Shown: positions 8,159 through 19,630, counted from the first letter of the stretch. The stretch is DNA of 56,794 nt from a virus (IMGVR_UViG_3300032308_002493:1-56794), one strand, 5' to 3'. Numbers and translations: made by a program. The notes: a model not told the origin generated them from the sequence alone.

Positions 8159-11100
8159 ATGGCAGAAGGGGAGATCAGCTTGGGTTCAGCCGTGTTGCGG
8201 CTGTACGGCGATCGATCGGCGCTGGATAAAGAGTTGGCGGCAGCGATGCGCGACGCCAAGCGCTTTGAGCAGGAGGCGGTCAACGTAAAGCTCGGCGCAG
8301 ATACCAGCCAGGCCAATAACCAAATTGATGGTCTCAGGCGCCAGGTGGGCAGCCTGCGGGCAGATGTAGACCGGCTGAATGCAGCCATGGGCTCCATGCC
8401 CCGGGGGCCGGCGGGCGGTGGCGCGGGCTGGCAGCAATTTGGCAACACCATGGCCATTGTGGCCGCCAATGCCAGCACCGCTGCCAACGCTGTAATGGCC
8501 CTGGCGGCGGCAAAAAAGTCGCTGCTGGCCGTGCCTGTGGTGGTGCGCGACATGGGCGCTGGCAGCGGTGGCGGCGGCGGTAGACAGCCTCCCCCGCTGC
8601 CAGCGGCTGGAGAAAGTGGCGGCGGATCTGGTGGCCGCGGCGGCGGGCCCCCTCTGTTGCCGCCTGGTGCCAGCCAGGGCGGCGGCGGTGGCGGCCAGTG
8701 GTTTGCAAACATGAGCCAAGGCTTCGAGCGTTTCATGCCCGCCGCCAGCGGGGCGCTGGGGATTCTGCAACAGATCGGCGTGGCGGCATTGGGAGCCCAG
8801 GCCATTTTTTATGGACTAGGGACGGCTATCAATGCCGTCATTGGTCCACTGGAAGCGCTGGCTGGTGCTGCAGGCAAATTCAACGAACAGGTAGCAGAAG
8901 CGAGCATCTTCACCGCGCAATCGTTTGCTGTGTTTGGCCCCGATGGGCAGGTGATAGAAGGCACAGCAAATCAAATGCGAGCCCTACGGGGGCGAGTAAT
9001 CAAAGAATTTAAGGAGATCCAAAAAGAAGTTGCCGTAATCAGCGGCGCCACGTCATCGCAAATCTACGAAGCATTTAACATCATCCTGCAAAACAACTCA
9101 GGGTTGGGCGCTGCAGGCGAGAATATTTCTAATATCACAAAACTCAGCACACGCATTGCTGCGGCAATGAATACGCTAAACCTCCCCGGCCAGCAGCTGC
9201 GCACGGAGGTGCAGAGTTTGCTGTCTGGCGACATCCAGATGTATGACCAGCTAGCACAAAAGCTCTACGGCAAAGGCGCTGGCGAGCAGGTGCGGCGGCT
9301 GCAGGCAGAAGGTAAATACTACGACGATTTGATGCAAAAGCTAGAGAAACTGTACGACGGCCAAAAGGTGTTGGCCCTGTCAATGACCAACGTAAAAAGC
9401 AATTTTGCGGATGTATATGAATCAATCAGCACCGGCGGCGGCCAGGCCCTGGAGCGCGGACTGGCCGGCATGCTGCAAACCATCCTGAAGCCCTTCAATG
9501 CTCTGAAAAATAGTTTCATGGGCGTATTCAGGGGCCTAGGGGAAGCCTTGGAGCCAATATTTGGGCAGTTGGGCCAGATGGTTGCCGGCGTGACAGCTGT
9601 GGCATCAGTTTTCTCATCTCTGCTGCAAATACTGTTTGATTTTATGGCATTATTTGGTAGCGCTTTTGGATCGCTAATACAGCCGGCCACGCAATGGCTG
9701 ATAGAGGCCCTTACCAGCATTGCCAAAATGTTTGAGTTGGTGGCCAGCCTGGTGAGCGCGGTGCTGCGGCCTCTGTCTACGTTTTTTCGCATCATCAATC
9801 AACAGGGTCGAGAGGGCGCAGGAGCTGGATTTGACAAGTTCAATGAGCAACTTGACGGCTTGATTGCAAATTGCGAAAAACTTTCAATTGCTATTACCAA
9901 GCCTTTCATCGAGGCGGCCAAGGCCGCAGCTTGGCTGGGGGGCAAGGCCAGGGGCCTAACCGATACGGAAATACGCAATAGGCAAAAAGATATACAAGCG
10001 GAATTTGATAAATCAATTGGCGATCAGAGTGAGGTGACGCTGCGCAGTATTGGCCTTAGCCCCCTTGCTAACAGGCAGCAGCAGGAAGCCAACAAGCGCT
10101 ATGAAAGCACAATCCCAGAGGAAAAGCAATATAAAATATCCAAGGAAATCGCAGAGCTAAAAGAAAAGCAGTACAAAAATGAGATCACGGCATTGGAGCA
10201 GGGGCTTAAACTGCTCAATGCCCAAAAATCTGTGCAACAGGCCCTCAATGAATTAGCCGAAGGACGCCGGGGACTGGACCGCAAGCGGGCCGATTTCAAT
10301 GTGTCCCTGGCTTCCTCCCCTGAGGCCAAACAGTTGGCAGAAGACCGTCGCAACGAGCTTGCTGGCCGTCAGGAGCAGCAGCGCATCAATGAGCGCAAAG
10401 ACGCACTGCAGAGCGAGCGCAGTATCCAGCAGCAGCAGCTACAAATCAGCCTGCGCCAAGCCGCCATCCAACAGGAGCAGCTGAAAATTCAACAGGCCGA
10501 ACTGCAAGTGCAAAAGCTAAAGACCGACTTAACCGCCACCGAGATATACCTTAAAGCCCGCAATACCGCCGCCGGCAGCGTAGAGCGCAAAACATTGATG
10601 GATGCCTACAGAGTGCATCAAAATATTGGCCAGATCATTGGCCGGCAGCTGGCCGCGGCTCAGGCAGCCACCAGCCTGGCATTTGAAAGCGCCACCCAAT
10701 TGCGCCGCACCAACGGTCTGGAGCAGCAGCGGCTCGATATTCAGCAGCAGGGGCTAGACATCCAAGGCCAGTCGGCCCAGCTGACGCTGGAGCAGCAGCG
10801 CCAGCTCAGCGTGCTCAACCAGAAGGAACAGGCGATCAAAAATCGCCAGGCAGATGATAACTTAACACAGAGAAAACTGGCGGAAAACCAAACCCGAACG
10901 GTGGAGCAGCAGCAGCAGCAACTTGACAACATGACCAAATTGGCTGAGGTGGAAAACCGCCGGGCTCAGTTGAGCAAGGCGGTTGCCGATGCCAACGTGA
11001 AGTCGGCCGAGCGGCTGGTGGGATTGGCGGAGGCCCAGGCCAATGCTCAGCGCAATCCCCGCAGCGTCGAGGCTGTGATCGGGGCCCAGATAGAAGCCCT

Positions 11101-13087
11101 GGCCCTGGGCCGCACCGGCTTTGTCAATGCCGCAGAAGCCACCAAGGCCCTGTGGGATGCGAAGGAGAAACAACTCAAGGCGGAACAGGCCGCCGCCAAT
11201 CGCCAGCTGCAAATCCAGCAGTGGCGCGAGGAATCAGAGGAGCGGATCGCCATGCTGCAACTTGAAATTCAACGAGGCGGCATGGCCGCGCAGCTGCTGC
11301 AGCTGAAGGCCACCAAGGAACTGCTGGGGCTCAGTCGCACCAGGGATGGCCTTAGCGGTGCCCCGGCGGGGGCGGCCGGCGGCCGGGCAGGAATGGTGCA
11401 GCCGGCGGCCGGCAACATGTTTGGCATCAGCCCAGAACGGCGGGCGCTGCTAAACACGATTCGTTATGCAGAGGGCACCTGGGGCAATGGCAGCGACAAG
11501 GGCTACCGCACCATGCTTGGCGGCGGCCTGATGAACAACCTGGATCGCCATCCAGACCAGGTGAACAAGGCTGGCGGCTTTGCCAGCACTGCCGCCGGTG
11601 CCTACCAGTTTTTGACCACCACCTGGCGCTCCGTAGCCCAGGCGATGGGCCTGAAGCAATTTGGCCCGGAGGTTCAAGATCAGGGCGCCATGCAGCTGAT
11701 CAAGGGGCGTGGCGCCCTGGGCCTGGCCGATCAGGGCCGCTTCACGCCGGAGCTGGCCAACAAATTGGCGCCTGAATGGGCAAGTTTTCCCACCATGGCT
11801 GGCAAAAGCTATTACGGCCAGCCGGTGAAGGGCTTTGCTGATCTCAAGCGCTTCTATGACAGCCAACTGGCGCAGCTAAGGGGTGCCACGCCCCAGGCCG
11901 CGGCTGGCATGCCCGCCGCGCCAATCCTGCCCCCGTCCGCCGGACTGGCGGGCACAAGCCTGGACAACAGCGTCAACGAAAACATCTATTCAATGGAGCG
12001 CCTTGAGCAGAGCTTTGCAGATCTAACCAGCCGAATCAACACATTGCGCGACACCCTGATGCCAGAAGCGGTGCAGGGGCGGCAGGCGCAACGCGATGCC
12101 ATGGCTGTAGGCGATGCGGCTGCTCAAGCCCAGTTTGATTTTGAGCGCCGCAAAGCAGAGGCAAAAGACCAGGTGTTGCAAACACCTCGCGGTCAACTCG
12201 CCGCCGGCACCACCGAAAGCCTGGTGGGTGGGTTGAGCCAGGCCATCCGCGGCAGCTTCACGGCGGCGATGAAGGGCGGCGACATTCGCGCAGCTGTGGC
12301 AGAAGCCATTGGCGGCGCTTTTGATCGAGTGGCCGCCACGGTGCTGGATACCATCCTGCGGCCGATTGAAACAATGCTGACCCAGAGCCTGTTTGAATTG
12401 CTGTCTGGCATGAATAACAAGCTGATCACCGAACAGCTTGGTGCAGCGCTCACAAACACCAGCGCCGCCAGCGTCCAGGCCGCGGCGGCCAATGTCAATT
12501 TGCAGGCCGCCACCATGAAAGCCAGCGGCGGCGGCGGCTCTTGGCTTGCCGGCTTGGTGAAAAGTGTGGCGGGTGCGGCCCTGGCCCCCGGCGGGGGCGG
12601 CGGCGGCTTTCCTTCCATGGAAGAGAGTTTTTTGGGCAGCTTTGACCTGTCGGGCCTGATCAATGGGCGCACGGCCCGCAACGGCGGCATCCTCAGCCCC
12701 TATGGCATGCACACCCTGCGCAGCTACCGGGTGGGCGGCATCTCTAACGGCCCCAACAGCGGCTATCTGGCGGAGCTGCATGGCCAGGAGGCGGTAATCC
12801 CAATGCCCAATGGCAAAGCCATTGATGTGGCCCTCAAGGGGCCCCTGGGCATGAAGAGCTGGGGGGCCAGCGGCCCAGACGGCTCAGAGCTGCTGGCAGC
12901 TCCAGCCATGCAGCCAATTGAGTACCGGCGGGTGGGCAGCGGCGATTTGCCCTTCGTGACTGAGGCAGAAATGATGGCCCGCATCGAGGAAGCCGCTGCC
13001 CAGGTACATAGCTCGGCGGTGCGCCAGGCCAGTGCCAATTGGCGCCGTGATTTACGCAACCAAACTCGCATCCCAGGAATTAGGTAA
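8159..13087 (+). CDS. Tape measure protein with lambda-type lysozyme/transglycosylase domain
   Basis: ~1640 aa helical Ala/Gln-rich protein; RALLNTIRYAEGT...STAAGAYQFLTTTW...LAPEWASFP at ~11440-11870; ELHGQEAVIP near the C-terminus. Confidence 0.9.
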   Translation: MAEGEISLGSAVLRLYGDRSALDKELAAAMRDAKRFEQEAVNVKLGADTSQANNQIDGLRRQVGSLRADVDRLNAAMGSMPRGPAGGGAGWQQFGNTMAIVAANASTAANAVMALAAAKKSLLAVPVVVRDMGAGSGGGGGRQPPPLPAAGESGGGSGGRGGGPPLLPPGASQGGGGGGQWFANMSQGFERFMPAASGALGILQQIGVAALGAQAIFYGLGTAINAVIGPLEALAGAAGKFNEQVAEASIFTAQSFAVFGPDGQVIEGTANQMRALRGRVIKEFKEIQKEVAVISGATSSQIYEAFNIILQNNSGLGAAGENISNITKLSTRIAAAMNTLNLPGQQLRTEVQSLLSGDIQMYDQLAQKLYGKGAGEQVRRLQAEGKYYDDLMQKLEKLYDGQKVLALSMTNVKSNFADVYESISTGGGQALERGLAGMLQTILKPFNALKNSFMGVFRGLGEALEPIFGQLGQMVAGVTAVASVFSSLLQILFDFMALFGSAFGSLIQPATQWLIEALTSIAKMFELVASLVSAVLRPLSTFFRIINQQGREGAGAGFDKFNEQLDGLIANCEKLSIAITKPFIEAAKAAAWLGGKARGLTDTEIRNRQKDIQAEFDKSIGDQSEVTLRSIGLSPLANRQQQEANKRYESTIPEEKQYKISKEIAELKEKQYKNEITALEQGLKLLNAQKSVQQALNELAEGRRGLDRKRADFNVSLASSPEAKQLAEDRRNELAGRQEQQRINERKDALQSERSIQQQQLQISLRQAAIQQEQLKIQQAELQVQKLKTDLTATEIYLKARNTAAGSVERKTLMDAYRVHQNIGQIIGRQLAAAQAATSLAFESATQLRRTNGLEQQRLDIQQQGLDIQGQSAQLTLEQQRQLSVLNQKEQAIKNRQADDNLTQRKLAENQTRTVEQQQQQLDNMTKLAEVENRRAQLSKAVADANVKSAERLVGLAEAQANAQRNPRSVEAVIGAQIEALALGRTGFVNAAEATKALWDAKEKQLKAEQAAANRQLQIQQWREESEERIAMLQLEIQRGGMAAQLLQLKATKELLGLSRTRDGLSGAPAGAAGGRAGMVQPAAGNMFGISPERRALLNTIRYAEGTWGNGSDKGYRTMLGGGLMNNLDRHPDQVNKAGGFASTAAGAYQFLTTTWRSVAQAMGLKQFGPEVQDQGAMQLIKGRGALGLADQGRFTPELANKLAPEWASFPTMAGKSYYGQPVKGFADLKRFYDSQLAQLRGATPQAAAGMPAAPILPPSAGLAGTSLDNSVNENIYSMERLEQSFADLTSRINTLRDTLMPEAVQGRQAQRDAMAVGDAAAQAQFDFERRKAEAKDQVLQTPRGQLAAGTTESLVGGLSQAIRGSFTAAMKGGDIRAAVAEAIGGAFDRVAATVLDTILRPIETMLTQSLFELLSGMNNKLITEQLGAALTNTSAASVQAAAANVNLQAATMKASGGGGSWLAGLVKSVAGAALAPGGGGGGFPSMEESFLGSFDLSGLINGRTARNGGILSPYGMHTLRSYRVGGISNGPNSGYLAELHGQEAVIPMPNGKAIDVALKGPLGMKSWGASGPDGSELLAAPAMQPIEYRRVGSGDLPFVTEAEMMARIEEAAAQVHSSAVRQASANWRRDLRNQTRIPGIR

Positions 13088-13557
13088 TGAAACTACAGCC
13101 GCTCGGCTCTTTTTTTAAGTTGCTCTATCCAAACGGCCAGCAGACCGGTTATCGGTTTCAAAATTTTGCAGCTGGCCGCGAGCTTAAAAAAAACAAAGAA
13201 ATTTACACACATGCCGGCATTGGCTACTCTGGCGGGATGACGGATTCAACCGCGTCAGCAGTAAGCGGCACGTTGGTGATGGCAATAAATGACCTTACTC
13301 TCAACATTTTCGGCACGGCGGTCAAGGACCGCTGGCTTGTCGAAATTACGACCACCTGGCTGGCGTTGGGCTCGCTGACACCTCAGGACGATTTTACAAA
13401 AGATACATTTGAGCTGCTGTCAATTGGCCATGAAGGTCTCAGGGTTTCCGTAAGCCTTGGCAGTCCCATTGGTGCTGCTGGCAGTGAATTGCCTCGGCTA
13501 CGATTGACTCAGCGCATGGTGGGCAACTTGCCGCCCACCGGCAACGTGCCTCTTTAA
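13087..13557 (+). CDS. Minor tail protein
   Basis: Follows the tape measure gene; YRFQNF and LTQRMVGNLP-TG pattern. Confidence 0.65.
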   Translation: MKLQPLGSFFKLLYPNGQQTGYRFQNFAAGRELKKNKEIYTHAGIGYSGGMTDSTASAVSGTLVMAINDLTLNIFGTAVKDRWLVEITTTWLALGSLTPQDDFTKDTFELLSIGHEGLRVSVSLGSPIGAAGSELPRLRLTQRMVGNLPPTGNVPL

Positions 13558-13562
13558 CGGCA

Positions 13563-16500
13563 ATGCTCTCTCCCCGTCTATCCGATGATGATTCCGGCCA
13601 GTTGCTGCCGGAGGAGCGTGAGCTGCTGGAGTTGACCGGGCTCACGGAAGAACAATATTTCTGGTTTTTAAACCAACAGCGGGAAGCTGTTGTCCAATTA
13701 GCAGAAAGCGATGAACCTACAGCTTTTTTAGTGGTGCCATTTTTAATTTCCCTGGTGGTGGGGGCGGCACTTAACTACGCGCTAAGTGTCCTGCTGGCAC
13801 CCCAGCAGGCATCATCCAAGCCCTTCCGGGTGGAAAGCACCACGGTTGAGGGGCAGTCAATTGTTAATAACGCCAAGTTTGCGCCTAGCAGTGGATTTGA
13901 TTCACCGCAAAACGTTGTGGAGATCGGCAGCCTTGTGCCAGTCGTTTTTGCAAAACGCGAAACAATAGATGGCGTCACCTATGGTGGAGTTCGCGTAAAC
14001 ACAAATCTGCTTTGGAGTCAACTTTACTCGTTGGGTGACAGCCAGCTTTACAAGGGCTTGTTCATGGTGGGTGTGGCCGGCATTGGAGCTATTGACCCAA
14101 CGCAGGTAGCCATTGGTGACAACGTGCTTACCTCCTACGACCTGGCTCCAGCCGGCAATACTACTTCCAGGGCCTCAATCTATTACCAAAATGCCGGCCG
14201 CCGCTTGCGGGCCAGTGATTTTATTGCTGGCCGCATTCCGGCTAGTGATATTGCCAACTCAGAAAATGCAGGCGCCGCCGACCTGTTTCAAATTCGCGGG
14301 CCCAATGGCCTTTGGAGCAATTCTTTTTGCTACGCAAGCGCACCTAGCAATCAAACCGTATTTGGCCTATACGCGCCTATTGGCAATGAGCTGGGAATCA
14401 AGGTCAACCCCCGAGTTGAGCCTATGTATCGGGGCCAAACGCAAGCTGCAGGGCAAAAATTTGATCGCACTTATTTTGTATGCAAAATAGACCCCCAAGC
14501 TTACCTCAGACGAATCAAGCAGAATCAAGTCTATAGCAGCCGTAGCGGCTTTGTTGGGGTCTACGACAATCAGGGGGGCCTGGCTTCCACGGTTTCGGGT
14601 GAAGTGCGCACGGTGCTAAAAGACCAGTCAATACTGTTTTACATGTCCGCTCAGGCTGATAACACTTCGGCGTGGTCCTACGACAGCGGTGATCAGACAA
14701 GCACCGCTGACGCTGTTGACATAGCCCAGAGTATTGCGGGCCGTCAGCGCAGTTGGGACGAATCCTTAACTTTGGGCAGTCTATACAAATGCGGTAGCGT
14801 TGTGCTAGTGCTGGTGGGCCGCAGTCCGGCAACGGCTCCATTTAGTAGCCGCATGGACCAATCGCCTCCAGGCGGCGGCACTGACGTTTACTACACGTTC
14901 AAGGCCATAAAAGCCGGCGTGATGATGTTTAGCGAAACGGCTAAGATCAATCGCAGCGCCTTGAGCAGTGCGGCGCCTTACCGCAATGGCACAAACGGCA
15001 GCCACCTGTATCGCTTGGCGGTGGCAACGTTTGCGATGGCAAGGCCAGGGCAGGTAATCGAAATTGGCTACAAGGTGAGTGCATCATTGCGCTATGGGGG
15101 CTTGTGCAATTTTGCCGCGTCGGAAACGACGACTTTTGCAGACAACAACGGATGCCTCTATTACAACAACATCGAATTAACAAGGTCCGGGCGGACAATC
15201 CAGACATCGCAATACACTTCTGGCACTATTCAGGCGCCTGGTGTTCGTTACGTGGTTTCGCGGTTATCGTTCAGGGTGATGGGCGCTGCTGAATGGGTTG
15301 AATTTCCCCACTTATTGGTATTCAAAGGAGCCGGCGGCAGCGAAAACCGCGATTACATCCGTTTACAGCTACCAAGCTCAGAGCTCTATGAGTTCAGCCA
15401 AATGCCGGTAGACGGATGGGAGGTGCGCAACGGTTACGCTCAGGGGCAGCTGTGCCTAATTGACGCAAGCCAAGCCAGCCTGCAGGTGGCCTACGGTGCC
15501 GGGGCCACGATTGAATTTAACGGTAGCTTCCTTGGCCGCAATCAAGCTACATTTTGCTTGCCTCCCACCCAAACCAACAAAGATCTAGGCATTGCCAACT
15601 ACGAGCTAGGGGACAATGGTATCTTCTCGTATGTTGACGCCTGGGGCTGCATTGCCAACATCTTTGGGCACGAAGAAATAAGTATTTCCAACAGTTCTCC
15701 AGAGTGCCAAATTGCCTATGTCAACACTATCGAGCCAAACCTCGTAGCGCCTAGCTACGCTGGTCTCACTACCATGGGGCTAACGCTTCGCAGCTCTACC
15801 GAGTTTCAATCTGCACAGCAAGTAAGTGTTTACATAAATCAGGGATTTGCCAACACTCATTTAATTGGCTCAGTGCTGAGGATCCTAGCCACCAATTCCG
15901 AGTTCGGCCTCGGAGAGCGAATAAGCCCTACCGCTATTACTGCGTCTTTTGACGAAGCGGACGAATGGACCTACGCTAACCGTTATTTTTTTGATGGGGC
16001 AATATCGGAGCCGGCTAATTTCAGAGTAAAAGGGGCCGAGCTGGCTAATTACTTTCTGCTCGAATTACTGGCCAAGGGCTCTCAGTTCTATCTGCAGCCA
16101 ATCGCCGATCCGGCGGTGCGCTACGAGCCAATGGCTATGTATACCAGTGGCAATGTCTTTAAAATTAATTTTGCTGTTTTTGAGCCGGAGCAGCGCACAC
16201 CACCCATCGTGCACGTTCAGTGGCGCCAAGAACGTCAAAGCTCTACGCCTGGCAACTTGGGCTTATTTCCGGTGATCCGGCAAATCGCTGTTCGAGAGGC
16301 AAGCACGCCAGAAACTGCGCCAATAATAACAATTGACGCGACTGCAAAATTTATGACATCAGAAAGGCATGCAATAGATTTGGCCAAAATGGAATGCCGC
16401 AAACGCCGCATTATTACCTGCGGCGCTCAGCTAACCACTCGGCCGGATGCTGCCTATTTTGAGCCGGGGCGTATTGTAAAACTGGCTGTGCAGTTGTTGC

Positions 16501-18665
16501 AGGCAACGCCACGCAGTGGCCTGATTGCCAGTGATGGCACGATAATCCTAATTCCAGCGGCGTCGACTGGGAGCCACCTGGCTGATGGCAGCTATCCGAT
16601 GCTGTTGTGGGATGGAATTGCCAGTACAATCAGCGCTCAAACAATAGCCGTTACAAACGGCAAAGCAGCCAATAATTTTGGCTGCGTCTTTACGATTGCC
16701 GACGCGACTCCAAGCACTCCAACTTTTAAGATACAGAAAGTTACCTTTGACGATGATGGTAATGTAGAGGCCGACTTAACCGAATATCCTCTTGATCAAA
16801 ACGGATATTCCCTGCTAACAGCCGGCTGGGATGTGGCCAGCAACTGGGTGATCGATGGCCAGTTGTCCACCAACTCCACGATTGTGCTGGAGCAGGCTTT
16901 TTCTGGCGTGACCATCCTGGGCAACAGCTCCAGCCCCCTCAACGGCAGCAGCAACTTCACCGCTCAGGTATCTGGCCCGAGCGGTAGTTACACCTACGCC
17001 TGGTCGGGCTCGGGGATAACCATCGCCAACCCCAACCAGGCCGCCACCAGCATCTCATTCCCAAATGACGGGATTCGCACCATCAGCCTGACGGTGACGT
17101 TTGGTGGCGTCTCGCGGGTGGCAACTAAACCCGTTCAGGTGGGGTCATTGACCGGCTTTGAGTCCGTGGGGGCGGTGACCGTAACCGGGCCAGCTGTGGC
17201 CAATGCCGGCGGAGCTAGCGTCTCCTATTCAGCCACCACCACCAACGCCCTGGCCGGCACCAGCTGGGAGTGGACTGTGTTACCACCTGACGGTGCCACC
17301 CTGACCGCTAACGGGGCCACAGCCACGGTGGTGTTCGCTGCCGGAGGCGGTGGCTCGTACACAATCCAGGCCCGCGTCAACAACATGGCAGCGCTGGACA
17401 ACCTGACCCTGGGGGCCAAATCGGTGCTGGTGGCGCCCAGCAATGCGATCGGCACCGCCAGCATTACCGGCCCTACCGCTCCAGCCGAAAATGTAGCGGC
17501 GACTTATTCCGTTAGTCAAACCGGCACAATCGCTGGAACAGTTTGGGCCTGGTCAGTTTCACCGGCGGGCACCACAATCTCGGGGGTTACAGGTAGCGGC
17601 ACTACCGCTAGCATTGCATTTCCCAATGCAGATATTAGCTACACAGTGACGGCCACGGCCACCAATGGCAATGCCACAGACAGCCCTCAGTTTGCCACGC
17701 TGGCGGTCAAGCCAACGCCTTCTATTGGGGCGCTCAACATATACGGCTCGGCGGTCGTGAGGTCGGGACAGGGTGGCGTAAGGCTGACTGCAGTGCAAAC
17801 TGGTCGTTCACCGGGCACTACCTGGTCGTGGAGCGTATCGCCATCTGCTGGGGTGACAATTCAGCCCGCATGGGGCAGCAGCGGCTTAAACAACTTTGAA
17901 CCAGGCTTTGGGTCAAGCTGTTCAATAAACTTCCCGTCAACCGTTGGCGTAAATTACGAAATTACCGTAGTAGCAACTAACGCAAACGCCACGGACGCAA
18001 CTAGGGTAGCAACAAAGATTGTCGCAGTAGCGGCATACAACGCTAGCCCTTTCACAGGTGGCCCAGATGTAGCTTGGCCTGGTACACTAAACGCGCAAAA
18101 CTCATTTGTACTGGCGGTGGCCCCAGGCGTCCCGGCGCCATTTTCTGCATCTGCCATTGGCAACGCTGAATTTGGAACGCCTAATTACCCCTACAACACT
18201 GCAGACGTGTCCTGGTCCGTTACCCCGTCAGCCGGGGTTGTTATCACCAACGGCGGGACAGGGCAATATGTAAATATAACACTGCCAGACCCCAGCATAG
18301 ATTACGTAATTAGTTGTTTTGCTAACAAAACCGTAAACGGAGTTGCAGCGCTTAATAACGGATCAGTGATTTCAACCAGAATCCGACCGTCATACGTGTT
18401 GTCAATACCAACAGTAAGCGGTCCCACGGCGCCGCAGGTCAATGTCCCCAGTACGTACACGGCCTCGCAGTTTGGCATGCAGGCCGGCACCTCCTATACC
18501 TGGAGCGTGACGCCATCTGGAGCAACGATTACCGGAAGCGGCACCAGTGTATCAATATCGTTCCCCTCTGCAGGCACTCAATATCAGATACAATTGATTG
18601 CGGCCAACGCTGATGCCACAAATAGCCCCAAAGGAAACTCTTTGTATGTAACACCCACAACCTAA
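13563..18665 (+). CDS. Tail tip/host-specificity protein with ~6 C-terminal PKD/Ig-like repeats
   Basis: GSLVPVVF...GGVRVNTNLLWSQ, YFFDGAI; repeats of GP...Y...W-WSV-P...SI-FP...Y-I. Confidence 0.8.
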   Translation: MLSPRLSDDDSGQLLPEERELLELTGLTEEQYFWFLNQQREAVVQLAESDEPTAFLVVPFLISLVVGAALNYALSVLLAPQQASSKPFRVESTTVEGQSIVNNAKFAPSSGFDSPQNVVEIGSLVPVVFAKRETIDGVTYGGVRVNTNLLWSQLYSLGDSQLYKGLFMVGVAGIGAIDPTQVAIGDNVLTSYDLAPAGNTTSRASIYYQNAGRRLRASDFIAGRIPASDIANSENAGAADLFQIRGPNGLWSNSFCYASAPSNQTVFGLYAPIGNELGIKVNPRVEPMYRGQTQAAGQKFDRTYFVCKIDPQAYLRRIKQNQVYSSRSGFVGVYDNQGGLASTVSGEVRTVLKDQSILFYMSAQADNTSAWSYDSGDQTSTADAVDIAQSIAGRQRSWDESLTLGSLYKCGSVVLVLVGRSPATAPFSSRMDQSPPGGGTDVYYTFKAIKAGVMMFSETAKINRSALSSAAPYRNGTNGSHLYRLAVATFAMARPGQVIEIGYKVSASLRYGGLCNFAASETTTFADNNGCLYYNNIELTRSGRTIQTSQYTSGTIQAPGVRYVVSRLSFRVMGAAEWVEFPHLLVFKGAGGSENRDYIRLQLPSSELYEFSQMPVDGWEVRNGYAQGQLCLIDASQASLQVAYGAGATIEFNGSFLGRNQATFCLPPTQTNKDLGIANYELGDNGIFSYVDAWGCIANIFGHEEISISNSSPECQIAYVNTIEPNLVAPSYAGLTTMGLTLRSSTEFQSAQQVSVYINQGFANTHLIGSVLRILATNSEFGLGERISPTAITASFDEADEWTYANRYFFDGAISEPANFRVKGAELANYFLLELLAKGSQFYLQPIADPAVRYEPMAMYTSGNVFKINFAVFEPEQRTPPIVHVQWRQERQSSTPGNLGLFPVIRQIAVREASTPETAPIITIDATAKFMTSERHAIDLAKMECRKRRIITCGAQLTTRPDAAYFEPGRIVKLAVQLLQATPRSGLIASDGTIILIPAASTGSHLADGSYPMLLWDGIASTISAQTIAVTNGKAANNFGCVFTIADATPSTPTFKIQKVTFDDDGNVEADLTEYPLDQNGYSLLTAGWDVASNWVIDGQLSTNSTIVLEQAFSGVTILGNSSSPLNGSSNFTAQVSGPSGSYTYAWSGSGITIANPNQAATSISFPNDGIRTISLTVTFGGVSRVATKPVQVGSLTGFESVGAVTVTGPAVANAGGASVSYSATTTNALAGTSWEWTVLPPDGATLTANGATATVVFAAGGGGSYTIQARVNNMAALDNLTLGAKSVLVAPSNAIGTASITGPTAPAENVAATYSVSQTGTIAGTVWAWSVSPAGTTISGVTGSGTTASIAFPNADISYTVTATATNGNATDSPQFATLAVKPTPSIGALNIYGSAVVRSGQGGVRLTAVQTGRSPGTTWSWSVSPSAGVTIQPAWGSSGLNNFEPGFGSSCSINFPSTVGVNYEITVVATNANATDATRVATKIVAVAAYNASPFTGGPDVAWPGTLNAQNSFVLAVAPGVPAPFSASAIGNAEFGTPNYPYNTADVSWSVTPSAGVVITNGGTGQYVNITLPDPSIDYVISCFANKTVNGVAALNNGSVISTRIRPSYVLSIPTVSGPTAPQVNVPSTYTASQFGMQAGTSYTWSVTPSGATITGSGTSVSISFPSAGTQYQIQLIAANADATNSPKGNSLYVTPTT

Positions 18666-18669
18666 GATT

Positions 18670-19134
18670 ATGTCAGCAATCTCTTTCCCACTTTTGACGG
18701 TCCCCATGACCCGAGAGCTTGTGGTCGGATCACACCCGGTGAAAGTCTTCAAAGCACTCAACGGTGCAGAATACCCTGTGCTCCAGGGCGATCGAATGAC
18801 TGACGCCCGGATCGATGCCGGCTGGCCGTCCCTGGCGGATGAGGAAGCATGGATGGCGAATTATGCATGGGAGCAGAGTTACTCAGGCGTGTTGAACGTG
18901 CAGTTGCCCCCAGGCCTGTTGCAAGGCATTGAGCTGGATGGCCAGGTGTTCCCTGGCTATTTGCATTGGACTATTGCCGAGATGCCAAAAATCAAAAGCA
19001 CCTACCCAGGCCGCAGCAGCCTGGCTTTGACAATGCGAGGTCGGTTGCTCGGGGTAACGGTGGATGATGCCACCAGCGATCTAATGGCCATTGGGCTGGT
19101 GGCCGGACTGGCCCAGACCCTTGGCCGTCGCTAA
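18670..19134 (+). CDS. Minor tail/distal tail-like protein
   Basis: Position and size; ends AIGLVAGLAQTLGRR. Confidence 0.6.
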   Translation: MSAISFPLLTVPMTRELVVGSHPVKVFKALNGAEYPVLQGDRMTDARIDAGWPSLADEEAWMANYAWEQSYSGVLNVQLPPGLLQGIELDGQVFPGYLHWTIAEMPKIKSTYPGRSSLALTMRGRLLGVTVDDATSDLMAIGLVAGLAQTLGRR

Positions 19135-19197
19135 GGCTGGCGATCGCGTTGGAGACCGCTGCGTAATGCCTAGCATGGCGCAGCGGTGGCGCAGGCA

Positions 19198-19593
19198 ATG
19201 GCAATTATCCAAGGCTTTGATGGTGGCCTGAAATTAAACAACGTCACTGTGGCAACAGCCATTGATTGGATCGTCAACATTGCTAGAGATAAAATAGAAA
19301 CAACACCTGCAAACGCCTACGACAAAGAGTATTCTCAGCAGCATCGCAGCGCCACAGGGGCCGCAACAATTCTTTATAACCCAAGCAACGCTATTACTGC
19401 GCAGCTATTTAGCCGCATACTAGACAACAACCCCTTGCCTGACAGGTTTAATTTTGTGCTACACAGTGCCACCGGACACTCATACGTGGCCGATTGCTTT
19501 ATTGATTCAATTGCCGTTCCTAGGGCCGCAAAAGATTTGATGGCCGTTTCAATTGGTTTTACCGTTCAGGGCCGCATGGCATTGGTGAATTGA
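19198..19593 (+). CDS. Second, small tail-tube-like protein
   Basis: G-DG-L, W-VNI-RD-IETT, VSIGFTVQG: tube-protein pattern. Confidence 0.6.
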   Translation: MAIIQGFDGGLKLNNVTVATAIDWIVNIARDKIETTPANAYDKEYSQQHRSATGAATILYNPSNAITAQLFSRILDNNPLPDRFNFVLHSATGHSYVADCFIDSIAVPRAAKDLMAVSIGFTVQGRMALVN

Positions 19594-19630
19594 TTGCAGT
19601 TCTATTAGCCTGGTTTGATTGGTAGCTGCC

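Noticed and set aside
7705-8805. Long antisense ORFs (also 7212-7982, 12023-12781, 42930-43673, 52210-52956, 53041-53814)
   Set aside because: They are shadows of GC-rich genes on the opposite strand with no recognisable motifs.
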